DNA of 63,345 nucleotides, the filler included, from Craspedostauros australis (taxonomy: Eukaryota): the NCBI GenBank assembly GCA_030167865.1. It is 20 parts of 20 records of this genome, joined end to end, with 100 filler letters (N's around TTAATTAATTAA, not from the genome) between each part and the next. Parts side by side here need not be neighbours in the genome. Positions count along the whole stretch, not along the records: positions 1 to 14,972 come from JALAGF010002376.1; 19 more parts are not named here. One strand, written 5' to 3'. The position numbers and the translations under genes were made by a program. The notes beneath the pieces are model-generated. The model was not told the origin of the DNA, ran no database searches, and saw only the letters and a program-made list of their open reading frames with translations. Positions 1-11,652 of this stretch are shown here, one piece after another. Numbering within the stretch: position 1 is the stretch's first letter; every line of letters starts with the position of its first letter.

Positions 1-501
1 ATTCTCCAAACTTGCCGCCGAAATTGGGGATCCGAGTGGTCAAATATCGTTCCGACCTCCATGGGAGCACTAAACGCAAGCATATCTCCATACCATCGCA
101 CTCAAACTCAATATATACCATATGGTTGTGACCGCCTCGGAGAGAGCATTCTTAAATGATATATATTGTACAGATTGAGCCAAAGACCGCTAAGTCCGGA
201 GACTTCAAAGATGGAGAGTCGAATTTCTCGAAAAAAGAGGCAAGATCCTACCGGACTCCTGTAGAATTCTACTTGTAGCCAAACATCGCCAAACAAAATC
301 CGGTCCGTCCGTCGTCCGAAGGCAAAACCACACCAAGGGGGTCAACAAACAGACAAAGATCGACGAGATGGTAGTAACAACAAGATAATGCTATTGCTTG
401 CCTGGATAGCCCTGAGTCTTAAGTTTATGTAGATGCAAAGAGATATTCGATTGAGTGTCTATAACTTTAAGTCTGAGTTTGGGAAAAACGGGTCCAAAAT
501 C

Positions 502-583
502 TGTAGCCAATCATCGCCAAACATCGCCAAACATCGCCAAACATTTGGGTCCGGCTCTTTGAGGCACTAGAATAGACCGTGCC
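502..583. repeat. (CATCGCCAAA)x3 short tandem repeat plus GGCAC..GTGCC dyad; possible DNA-transposon end
   Basis: CATCGCCAAA x3 at 512-541. A related TGTAGCCAAACATCGCCAAACA copy lies at ~274-295. The AT-richer 1-583 block ends at ..CGTGCC. The transposon-end interpretation is inference. Confidence 0.35.
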
Positions 584-672
584 AACACATGGTACACGTA
601 CGCCCTATTGCCGTAGCAATATCAACAATAGCAACAACAACAAGCATACAATACAGTACACGGTGTCTGCAT

Positions 673-1742
673 TTACATGCCTATTAACCTCCATGCATGA
701 TCGAAATCGAACTCCGCGTAATTCGTCAGTAGCTGCTCGCCTGCTTTGATATCGCGTTTGGCATACGTCGCGTGCTTCCCCAACTCTTCCATCCGGGTCT
801 TCGTCAGCTTCCCATTCGTCGTCGCCGTCACATCCGATACCGTCGCATTCGATTGCGGCAGCTCCACAAGATTGACGTCGTCCACGCTCGAGCCGGTGTT
901 GAGGAAGGAACCCATATCGAGATCGCAGTAGACCACGCCGCCATGCGGACTGCTGCCTTCGGCTTTCATGCCGTAGCACCATTGCAACAAATCGCAGGCG
1001 AGATCCTGCGGCACGCTCAACAGGAACGTGCGCATCTGCCACGCTTCGGTGAATTCGGCAGAATATTGCTCATCCCAAATCTTCGTGCCCTTTGCAATAT
1101 CCTGCGCCGCGAAGACGCCTCTTCCCATGCGGGGATGGTAGCCAAGGTAGACCGGCACGGCGAATCCGTCCTCGAGCAGGTGCATGCTGGCCCATGGTCC
1201 CACGATGCTGGTGTAGAGTCCGCGCAGGTAGACCCACATGGCGTCGTCCCATAGCGGGCGTGCCGGGGCCGACGGGTATCGCGACAAGTAACATTCGAAG
1301 TTGATCCAGAAGTCATCGACCGTGCCGAGGTCCACGCTCATGAACTCCTTGCGCAGTACTTTCATCCATCCTTCTTTGGCGGTCTTTTCGTTGGAGGTCG
1401 TCTCGTTTGTTTGCGTGGCATTGTCGTCTTTCGGTGGTTGTGGTGAATCTGCTTCATCGGCCGTGACTGTTTTGGGCGGATCGTCGGATGTGACTGTTTT
1501 GGCAGCGTTGATTGGGCATGAAGGTATCAGCCGAACTCCATGCGTGTGAGCAATGATTGTATTGTATTGCATTGATTCATCATCCTGCACACAATACTTC
1601 TGTCATCAATGACTGACAGCAACAGCCAGAGCCATTGCCACACACAGAACGACGTACCTTGTCCATCGGCTGCCGCTGCCGACGTATCAATCAGCAGGCA
1701 CAACGCTGCGACGACCAGCATCATCCATGACAATTCTCTCAT
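673..1742 (-). CDS. SET-domain protein (lysine methyltransferase-like) with N-terminal signal peptide; 2 exons (1742-1658, ~1493-673)
   Basis: SET motifs GRGVFAAQDIAKGTKIW, SFLNTG and YAKRDIKAGEQLLTNY. Upstream exon MRELSWMMLVVAALCLLIDTSAAA ends at donor G|GTACGT (1657). A phase-compatible acceptor ACAG|TC lies at 1494. Confidence 0.8.
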
Positions 1743-2320
1743 GATTGCAGACTGGCGGTTGACTCGTAGCGTAAGTCCGAGGATGGTGCACTTCGCTCCT
1801 CGTTGCGATACTCCTTGTGACGAATGCTCTGCTCGTTGTGATGCTCCTCTCTGTGATGGGCGTTGCTGTTCCGAGTGGAGTCGAGAATCAACAGAACCGT
1901 TGGGCCATCGTGATGTCCAACTCCTTCGATTTTGTGATGTTGACGAGTCCCAAGATTCGTGAATGAAACCACGCATCTGGTTCCGATGAATCGAACATGT
2001 CTATGACGAGAAGGATAGAGCGAAGGAATTTGCAAAGAACTTCGCGAGGGAACCCAGAGCTTGTGAGTCTTCGCTGTTTGCAATGGATCAACCATGCCAA
2101 CCTCCATCCGTCCACTTTAGTCTCTAGTTTACAGGTTCCCCTGTTACTGTGTGGTGGCTAAATGTTAATAAACTATATGCTGTGCTGCAAATTATGACGT
2201 TCGTACGTACCAACGTACGTGTGTGTAATGGTAAAATATCTCGCTCAGTGCGAGCAAAAACTGTGTCTCCTCAAAATGATCCAATGTCCTGTCCTGTCCT
2301 TTGCTCTTCTCCGCTCTCAT

Positions 2321-3193
2321 CTACGAACACACCGACCGCCGATGCGCCGCGAAGCAATCTTCGGACGACACGGTCGTGGGTGTTGCCGTGCTCTTCGTGC
2401 AAACGTCGTTGCGCGAGGGCATGCTCGGCGGCGTATCGCGCGTGCGGCACGAGTGATCGAGGTTGCGTTCGTGCATCGTGTGCGGGCGCGTCGTCGTGCG
2501 CTGCGGCAGGAAGGGCGAGCTGTCTTTGGAGAGGCATTCGAAGCGCGTGCGCGAATGGGACGAGATGGAGACGCCGCGGCACAGCATGTGGAGGTTGTTG
2601 GCCGATGATGATGGTCGCAGTAAGATCGACGATCGTTGCAGGAAGGGCGATCGTTTGGAGATGCTGCGGGATTGGGCCGAGTCCTCGTCCTCGTTGTTGT
2701 CGTCCTCGTTATCGTTGCTGTTGTCGTCGTCATGGGTGCTGTCAATGTCCTCATCGAGGCTCTGCTGCTGGTCTATGAGCATGATCTGGTGCCTTCGTTG
2801 GCGACGCCTGGAGTAGGAGTTGCCGATGCTGTTGCGCTTGATGGTGCGCAGCGGCATGTCGATTGTGGTTGGGAAGAAGTCGCTGGGATCTTCGCACAGC
2901 AGAGACGACAGCTCTGAAGACGAGCTTGCAACGGAGGCGTCGTCGCTGAAGGATATCTCCGCGATGGACGACTGCAGCGTATCGCAGGATTCGAGGGTGA
3001 TGTAGATCTCGTTCGGTGGATGGAACGCAGCCGAGATCGATGAATCTCGCTGCAATGCCGACTGCCTCGTTCGTTCCCTGCGGTACATGGCGCGGTGCAG
3101 TGCGTGATCCGTGTCGTCCAATGCTCTGCTGCGTCCCTTCGATCGCCACTGTCGGGGGTTGCGTCCCGACTGTTGCTGCTGCTGTGCCATCAT
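2321..3193 (-). CDS. Hypothetical low-complexity Ser/Asp/Gln-rich protein
   Basis: 290-aa ORF with poly-Q start, acidic tracts and DSSPFLPQR motif. No recognisable domain. Confidence 0.5.
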   Translation of the reverse strand: MMAQQQQQSGRNPRQWRSKGRSRALDDTDHALHRAMYRRERTRQSALQRDSSISAAFHPPNEIYITLESCDTLQSSIAEISFSDDASVASSSSELSSLLCEDPSDFFPTTIDMPLRTIKRNSIGNSYSRRRQRRHQIMLIDQQQSLDEDIDSTHDDDNSNDNEDDNNEDEDSAQSRSISKRSPFLQRSSILLRPSSSANNLHMLCRGVSISSHSRTRFECLSKDSSPFLPQRTTTRPHTMHERNLDHSCRTRDTPPSMPSRNDVCTKSTATPTTVSSEDCFAAHRRSVCS

Positions 3194-5729
3194 CTTTGAT
3201 GCGATGGCTGGTTGCTTCGAACGTTTACTGGTTGGGATTATGCGCCAAGTGTCGACGAAGATAATGATGTTGGTGGTGATGAAGCTGACACCGATGATGG
3301 TATGAATGGTCAGATGCGTCGTTGGTACTCGATGCGGACCTTAGTCCATCAAGGGATCTCTGCGTGTCTGCCTCGATCTTTTGCGCACTTCATCCAACCG
3401 CTATGTGATGAAATGATGTGAACAAGGTGACGAACTGCGATGCGTGTCGCGCACACGTTGCGTACAGATGTGCCGTCATTTGAACTGCCCATGAATCTTG
3501 CGAACTCCGCGTGTTGCGGTGCTGGCTTTCGTTTGGGATGTTGGTCTTATCCGCACGTTCTTGTGACACAGTAGCTTTATCACGTGTTGTTCATTCTATC
3601 CTCGCATTTTGTACTTTTGGGTGTTTAATTGTGGGGATCAGGCGCACCTTGCCCTTATGTGATTCGAATCTGCGTTTAATGGACACGAAACAAGTCCGAC
3701 CCAACGCTGTTGACTTGATTGTGCGCACATCGGTTAAGCCATCGTCACACAATCCGAACTTTCCATATGTGTGCGTTCGTTCTGGTCCATGCACCAACAC
3801 ATAGCAAAGAAGCGATATATATGCTGGTCACCCTTCTTGCGTTCCTAATCGTGTTAATATATATACGGATTCTCCGCACGCTGTGACGATCAAAACGGAT
3901 AGGGCCTTCCGATTGGGCCTTCTACTCGTGCATGTATTTCTACTTTCTTAGCGACACATATCGCTTCCAAAACGACCAAGGAACTTTGTTTGGCGCCGAT
4001 TCTGACAACGCGGAACATTGATCGCAACAACCCTCCGATCCATCCTAACTCAAACGTCGAAACTCCCAACAAACGAACTCTCTTTTGCAGCGGAGTGTTG
4101 CCATCGTCAACGTTAGCGTTGTCGTGCTCTTCATCAAATGGCGGATTGGAGCAGAAGCACGGTAGCAATAATCTCGAAATCTCTCCAATCGTCACTCCAA
4201 AGTCAGTCTCAATCTCTTGCGCGGTGCTGCAAAGATCGCATCCATTGTCGACTGTACGTACCATACGTTCTGGTGCCAACCCTGGCGGTCTCTGCAGATT
4301 GGGTTGCGATAGACAAAATAACAAGATACAGTGTACGATCATACACATACGCCTGGAAGACAGGGCCTTTCCGTGTCTTCTCTGCAGAGCTCATTCAGTG
4401 TAGGTACATGTACGATTTCAAGATCAACGCTGCGTTTGGATTTACGCCATCACGATCGCAAACTGCGCACGATCGCACGGCACTTCTGTTCAGAAAGGTG
4501 GGCGTACGAGATGTGAAACAGCTCTGTTGACTTCGACTTTGATACGTTCGCAGCGGAGCGAAGCGTGGTACCAGGATGGGTGGCTCATGGAGTCGAATGC
4601 ACGAATACTCGCGAGGAGCGATATTCCTGCACCTCGCAGACATGCGGTGTCGGTTGACTTGCTGCATCGGTACCACTGAAGAAACTGTGATGATTTCAAC
4701 AAGCATCTTTGCTGGTTGTTGCCGTTCCACCTCGACGTTACTGTGTTAAATACAGAACGCAGGACACAGCGGAGCACTTCGAACTGAGGGGGTGATGGGA
4801 CGTTCTTCTCTTTCACGAGTTTATCCGATTGTGCCCGCCATGGCCGCTTTCTTTTGGATTGACACGTGAGGGCTGTTGGCATCCAGTCGCAAATTGTGAG
4901 AACGCAGCTGTTGGAAATCAGTGAACAGACAAACGTTCCGTTTTCCCACGTTGTGATCGTGGAGTTGGGAGCGGGGTTAGGAGAAGGGCGAAATATGCGT
5001 TGACATTAAGTACAAATGAACGATAAAGCATCACACGGTGTTTCTGTTATGCCGATGCGGGCCACAGCAGCCCACGGCAAAGCGATCACAATTTCGCCAC
5101 GTTCCTCCCGATTTTTCGAAATAACGAAACGCTGTTGGAAGCGATTGTGACATCGGTTTCGCGAGGCAGTGGAAACGCTTGTGCATTCATCACACTTCAC
5201 GCGGGGTGGTCTTGGTTTTACGCCTGTCCACGTTGATAAGTTCGGGTACAGTGTGGATCAATAATACCCCACCGTTGACAGCACCGCACTGTTCGTATGG
5301 ACGCGCATGGATGGCCACACCAACAATAAAACAAGAATGTGTCACAAAGAGCACCGATGCGTCACGCGGAGTGGCGCAAAACCCAAACATCTCCGACTAA
5401 CTCTGCCGACCAATACCAGTTTTTGTGGCCGGTGAACAACACGTCAATCATCGCGATACGACTTCACTTGGTCACAAAGTCGATCGTTGCCTTCAGAGAC
5501 ACGCAAACATACAAACACACACAAACAGATTATGCTGCCTGCCGTTACGAATAGTAGTTGACGAACGCCCACAATCCAAAACACCAGTCTCAACCGACAC
5601 AGCGCAACTCACAATCGAAGATCACCTGCCAGCCTTCTTTCAATCATCATCATCACTGCTCCCACATTTTCGATCGGACTCACATCATCATTCGCCTCAC
5701 AAAGAAGCACTACCCCATCCACGACGACA

Positions 5730-6776
5730 ATGACATCTGTGTGCTTGCAAAGCTACTTCGCCCTCCTGAAGCAGGAGTTCGGGGCCAACGCTGCCGCTGC
5801 TGCTTCCAACAACAACAGCAACAACAACAGCAACAGCAGCAGCAGCAGCAACAACACTGATAAAGGCATTGACTGCACCAGCGTCCACACGGCCTCCACA
5901 ACGACAACATCAACGTCCACCTGGACCATCGTGATGGACAACCCCCGACTGCCATCGGAAGACGCCTACTCCTTCCGCGACCGCTTCGGCCCCAGACGAT
6001 CCCAAACGGCCGTCCTCGATCGCTGGTCGTCGCATTCCTCCAGCACGTTCAACATGGACACGAGCACGCACTCGGCACCCACCATCCCCTCCACCTTCCT
6101 GCACGGCTCCACGCACTCGCGCGGCGACGAATCCGTGCGTTCCGATCCCAACCACTACTACATCCCGCAACCGCGCACGGCATGCCGCCGATGGGCACCC
6201 AACGACAGCAACCACAGCACACGATCGTCCCTGTTCTCGCGCACGCGATCGATCCGGTTGGAGGATGATCGATGCACGAGCGTGCAGGAGGAAGAAACGC
6301 GCACGACGCCGCTGTCGCCCAAGAGCGTCTCGTCAGATAGCTGCAGCGCGGATACGTTCCCACCCACCCCACCCATGATGGATAAGACGAAGCTGCGGTC
6401 GCTGCGCGAGAAGCTGAAGCCGCTGTCGGATGAGGGCGTGCCATTGACGCCATCAACGCAGCAGCGATTTGATAAGTTCCACAACATCACATCGCCGCGA
6501 TTGAAGCGCGCGGCCAAGGTGGACGTCGTGTCGCCGGCCAACCTGTCATCGTGCTACAACAATACCAACAATGCGTCGACCAACTGTTTGCAACCGCTGC
6601 GAACGTTGTCGGCATCTTCATCATCCACAGCTTCGTCGGCATCAGTGCGCAAAAGCAAGTATGCTGCATCGGATGATAACAACAGCAACAGCAGCCACAG
6701 GTCGAGAGGCAAGATCATTGCATTGGCGTCGCTCAGTACAACTGCCATTCAGTTATCGTCCTTGAACCGGATATAG
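5730..6776 (+). CDS. Hypothetical Ser/Thr/Asn-rich disordered protein
   Basis: 348-aa ORF with a C/G-ending codon bias, (AAC/AGC)n tract and a TIVMDNPR motif resembling the IVxDN motif common in diatom disordered proteins. Confidence 0.6.
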   Translation: MTSVCLQSYFALLKQEFGANAAAAASNNNSNNNSNSSSSSNNTDKGIDCTSVHTASTTTTSTSTWTIVMDNPRLPSEDAYSFRDRFGPRRSQTAVLDRWSSHSSSTFNMDTSTHSAPTIPSTFLHGSTHSRGDESVRSDPNHYYIPQPRTACRRWAPNDSNHSTRSSLFSRTRSIRLEDDRCTSVQEEETRTTPLSPKSVSSDSCSADTFPPTPPMMDKTKLRSLREKLKPLSDEGVPLTPSTQQRFDKFHNITSPRLKRAAKVDVVSPANLSSCYNNTNNASTNCLQPLRTLSASSSSTASSASVRKSKYAASDDNNSNSSHRSRGKIIALASLSTTAIQLSSLNRI

Positions 6777-7061
6777 ATTTGGCACGATGCGGCAAGGGAA
6801 GTTTTCACAACCTCATCCTCACACCGACTATGCTATTCAAACGATGTGCAATATCATGGGAGGTGCATAGACGCCAATACACAATTATACATAACAATTC
6901 ATAACGATTCAAGCACATTCACACGCACACGCAACCAAATATGGCTCCAATCCCATAGAGTAGACGCAATCTAGATGGAGAGACTTGGAACAATGCCGGC
7001 TTGTTGACTTGGTTCCTCATTCATCAATCGCCCAACCGCAGAGACAGCAACGACATCGTTG

Positions 7062-7929
7062 ATGCATCAAAAGAGGATGATTGGTGTCATCTACATTGCG
7101 TGCATGTTGGTGGCAACGGACTCACTGTCATCACCATCCCCGTCATCCTCACTCCAACGCAGAAGCGAAGCAGTAGCAGAAGAAGCAATGGGAGTGGGAG
7201 TGGGAACCACCAACCAATATGGAAGATTGCCGTGATCGACGGTGGCATCGCCGGTCTCTTCTTGGCGCATGCTTTCGAGAACAACAGCAATACCGACACC
7301 AACGACCACAACGTCGCTTGGAAGGCATCATCCGAGGCCGAGCGTATCCAGCAACAGATACGACAGCAGATCGATGGTGCCAAGATCCCCATGCACACCA
7401 TCAGGCCCATCAGCGATCGACTCATCGACAATGCCAATCGTTTCTTCGAGTTGGGGATCTACTTCCACAATCCCTTTGCGTGACGGACCAAGGTGGTGGT
7501 GGTCACCAACGGCTACCGCAACCGCAACCGCAATGGAAGCACCGGCGCAGACAAGGTCGCCGTCCTGACTGCCTGTGGTGATGCGGGGCATGCCATTCCA
7601 CAGTTCCTGGGACAGAGCACCAATCAGGCCATCCAAGACATCTGCTGTCTGGCCAACGCCATTCAGCGGTACACCATGCAGTATGATGAACAAGCCAATG
7701 ACCGGAACAGCTTCAAAGGCATCCTGCAGATAGAATACAAAGACAAGCGATGGTCCACCATCACGTCCACCATGACCATCACGGCCATCACGGCCAAGGC
7801 TGGTCTTCTGGCATACCTGGAGGCCTCGTCAGGACAGTTGGCCAAGTTCCGGGATGTGTCTTCGTCATCATGGACAAGATGGGCGTCGCGAAGAAGATCT
7901 TTCTGGATGCTGCCGTTCCGAGGGTATGA
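7062..7929 (+). pseudogene. FAD-dependent monooxygenase (zeaxanthin epoxidase/salicylate hydroxylase-like), internally deleted, copy A
   Basis: KIAVIDGGIAGL (degenerate GxGxxG) and GDAGHAIPQFLGQSTNQAIQD motifs. The central region is missing. TGA stop at 7481 and a frameshift near the 3' end. Confidence 0.8.
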
Positions 7930-8205
7930 GAATGTATGGAACGGTGTGAAATCGTGATGTGATGCAGATAGGTTCTGTGGACGGCTTTCGCTTGGTGTTG
8001 ATGGACCAGCCATACTCGTACGATCTAGACATTCCATACTTCTCACCAACCACAACTCTCAATCGCAATCACAATCATAATCACAAGCGAACACCTCCCA
8101 ATCAATCAATCAATCAATCAGCCAACCATCTTCCTTTTTCCATCTCACTCGTACCACAACACACTCACATGCACGAGAGTATCAATACTGTTTTCATGTG
8201 TTATC

Positions 8206-9645
8206 CTAATTACTCGACGAGCAGAGTCCTCCAAGGCCATCCAGGATCTCATCAATCATCGATGTACCTTTCTTTTCCTCACAGCAAGCGGAATCATCAT
8301 CAACTCCGACGAGCCGATCCGCTCTCTTGTCATCCCACGCCTGTTTCAACATCTCATTGCCTTCCAGCAGAACGTGAAAAGTCTCGAACATGGGATCCAT
8401 TGTACCCATTGTACCCCGACGTTTGCTTGTTCTCATCAGCATCTCCCCAAACAGGGCCAGTGGCCTCGACCATGTCGGAAGGGAACCCAGCACTGCTCTC
8501 ACCTTGTTGCAATGATTTCGCCGCAAGATGCGCCCAACAAGCGCATTGTACCAATGGGCATGTTCATCAGGCGGGCGTGGATAAATGTGGAGATAGGTGA
8601 GTTGGGTGGTCTGCTCCAAGGCTTGCTGAAGTGCTTTCATTTGTGCCGAGAGGGGCTCGGATAGAACTTCAAACATGCTGGAAGCACCAATGACATGGTG
8701 TGCGAGAGATGATAAGCCCTTGTTCCCCAGGAGCGATATCAATGCGTCGAACCTTGTCATCTGCTCCAGCTCCGATAACCTGTACCAAATACCCGAAACC
8801 CTGAGCTTTTCCAAGTGTGATGCATCTGAAAGGAAATTGATGATCTGGTCGATTTCTTGTCGTGAGTAGGTTCGATTTGGGTCGTAGTCCCCGCGGAAAC
8901 TGATGTTGAGCTTGTCGATGCGCTTGTTTGACTGGAATAGCTTTGCCAAGCTATCGCAAGTGACACGGGTGTCGAAAAAGGATACTTCGGTGACGCTGCA
9001 ATTGTTTGGAGACAGCCATCTGCACAAATCAGCGCCCCCATTGGCAAGCTCACAGTTTTTAAACTCAACGTATTTCGAGTTCTGGGAGATGTTGAACATG
9101 AGCTTGTCGCAACCAACAAGATCACATGAATCCAAATGCACACAATGTGTCACAAGAGGGATATCGTGGAGCTGCTTCATCTCCACGAAGTCTTGAGCCA
9201 AGCGGATGAATTGGTCGGATGAAGATTCAAATGGGTGTTTGGCAGCCAATCGAAGGACGAAGCGAATCGCTTGCTTGTCTTCTTCTCCGAATTGGTCAAT
9301 GGTACCGAATTCCAGATTCAGGGATCGAATGCGAATCCGCCCGCAGCCCTGGAGAAACGTATCGCCCCGTAGAACACGAGGTGATAAAGCAACGTACTTG
9401 TGCCACCGCTCCATCGATTCCAAGTCATCAAAGGTGAATCCTGCTTCGATGGCCATGTCCCAGTATTCCATCCGCTTGGGTTTGACACTGTAGCAGTCGA
9501 TCTGCTGTCTTGGATGACTCTGCACATTGAACACGGTCTTCGGTGACAGCTCTTTTCCATGGAGTTGTTTCCAAAACGTGTTGAAGTCCGGATCATGATG
9601 GCTGTCGGTATTGGTGTTGGCAACAGCATCCATGTTGTGGTTCAT
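8206..9645 (-). CDS. RNI-like leucine-rich-repeat protein, copy 1 (intact, 479 aa)
   Basis: Periodic LxxLxL-like units (VTEVSF, IDKLNISF, LEKLRVS, LSSLAH, LTYLHI) and a C-terminal ILRRN cap typical of algal RNI-like LRR families. Confidence 0.7.
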   Translation of the reverse strand: MNHNMDAVANTNTDSHHDPDFNTFWKQLHGKELSPKTVFNVQSHPRQQIDCYSVKPKRMEYWDMAIEAGFTFDDLESMERWHKYVALSPRVLRGDTFLQGCGRIRIRSLNLEFGTIDQFGEEDKQAIRFVLRLAAKHPFESSSDQFIRLAQDFVEMKQLHDIPLVTHCVHLDSCDLVGCDKLMFNISQNSKYVEFKNCELANGGADLCRWLSPNNCSVTEVSFFDTRVTCDSLAKLFQSNKRIDKLNISFRGDYDPNRTYSRQEIDQIINFLSDASHLEKLRVSGIWYRLSELEQMTRFDALISLLGNKGLSSLAHHVIGASSMFEVLSEPLSAQMKALQQALEQTTQLTYLHIYPRPPDEHAHWYNALVGRILRRNHCNKVRAVLGSLPTWSRPLALFGEMLMRTSKRRGTMGTMDPMFETFHVLLEGNEMLKQAWDDKRADRLVGVDDDSACCEEKKGTSMIDEILDGLGGLCSSSN

Positions 9646-10550
9646 CCTTTCTTGTTGTCGCTGTTGTTGCTGTTGGTGGTCGTCCCTGTTGGTGGTACAA
9701 TCGCACGAGTAGAGCTGGTAGAGTATGTCGTCCCAAATCAGTTGAGCTTGGATGGCGATTATGATCTCATCTGCTCAAGCTTGCTGTCCTCCATTTCATG
9801 ATTCTGTGCGTTGATCACGAAGCAACGTGTCGTCAACCAACACGCCTGCATGGACTTGCGCAGTTCCACCATGGCATGGTACGACCGTGGACAACCACAT
9901 CATGATCCAAAGCTGGCTAGCTCGCTCGCTCGCGCACACGATACGACCTTCGACGGTGCCCAACTTGGCCACGCTGTGCAGTTGCGCTTCTTCATATGAT
10001 ACCATAGTTTGTGTAGTCTGAGTACATCCCTCTGTGATGGTCTTGGGGGAGTCAACTGCGATACCATATGAATACATACTATGTAACATACTTCGGCAGT
10101 TGAATGTCATCGAACGAATGCAATGGGCAGATCCACGATGCGAGAAATCCTCCACGATGGCTTCTTCCGTGGAAATCAGAGGTGATTCTCATGTTTTGTG
10201 TCGAGAGGATGACGATCACGATGATGACGCCACTCGTGTTTCAATCTGCAACAAACGTATCCAGGACTCATCTCGCCTCACTCAATCATTGCGAACTCTG
10301 TGGCGATGATGATGGTCATGGTGCTGCTGCTACAGACATCGCTGCAGAATACTGCTACAGATCATCACAACCGCAACGCTCACATGATGATCACCGTTGC
10401 CATCAAGTATCTATCCACAGAGTACGTATATCAATACTCTCTCTCTGTTTCCAGAGAGAGAGACTTCGAACAATGCCGGCTGGTTGACTTGGTTCCTCAC
10501 TCATTGATCGCCCAACCACAGAGACAGCCGCAACAAGATGGATCACAGCA

Positions 10551-11450
10551 ATGGCTGCAATGGCATCATTGATGCATCAAAAGAGAATGATTGGTGCCAT
10601 CTACATTGCGTGCATGGTGCATGGTGGCGGCAACGCACTCACTGTCATCACCATCCCCGTCATCCTCACTCCAACGCAGAAGCGAAGCAGCAGGAGAAGC
10701 AACGGGAATGGGAATGAGAATCACCAACCAATACGGAAGATCGCAGTCATCGGTGGTGGCATCGCCGGTCTCTCCTTGGCGCATGCCTTCGAAAACATCA
10801 GCAATACCGACAACAATGTCGCTTGGAAGGCATGATCCGAGGCCCAGCGCATCCAGCAACAGATGCGACAGCAGATCGATGATGCCAAGATCCCCACGCA
10901 CACCACAAGGCCCATCATCGATCGACTCATCAACAATGCCGATCGTTTCTTCGAGTTGGGAATCTACCTCCACAATCCCTTTGCGCGATGGACGAAGGTG
11001 ATGGTGGCTACCAACTGGAATCGCAACCGCAACCGCAACCGCAATGGAAGCACCTGCGCAGACAAGGTCGCCGTCCTGACTGTCTGCGGTGATGCGGTGC
11101 ACGCTGTGCCACCGTTCCTGAAACAGGGCACCAGCCAGGCCAGCCAAGACGCCTGCTTCCTGGTCAATGCCATTCAGCGGTACACCATGCAGTACGATGA
11201 ACAAGCCAATGGCAGGATCAGCCTCGACGACATCCTGTAGACAGAATACAAAGACAAGCGATGGTCCAACACCACAGGCATCATGGACATCATGGACATC
11301 ACGTCCACCACGGCCAAGGCTGGTCTGCTGGGATACCTGGAGGCCTCGTCAGGACCGTCGGCCAAGTTCCGGGATGTGTTCTTCTTCATGATGGACAAGA
11401 TGGGCGTTGCTAAGAAGATCTTTCTGGATGCTGCCGTTCCGAGGATATGA
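10551..11450 (+). pseudogene. FAD-dependent monooxygenase, internally deleted, copy B
   Basis: KIAVIGGGIAGL and GDAVHAVPPFLKQGTSQASQD motifs. Same deletion junction (NNVAWKA) as copy A. Stops at 10833 and 11238. Confidence 0.8.
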
Positions 11451-11652
11451 TAATGTATGGAGCAATGTGAGATCGTGACGTGGTGCAGATAGGTTCCGTG
11501 GACGCTTTCGCTTGTTGTTAATATACATTCCATACTTCTCACCAACCACAGCACGCAATCACAATCACCCAACCATCTCCCTTGTTCCATCTCACTCGTA
11601 CCACAACACACTCGCATGCACCAGAGTATCAATACTGTCTTCATGTGTTATC

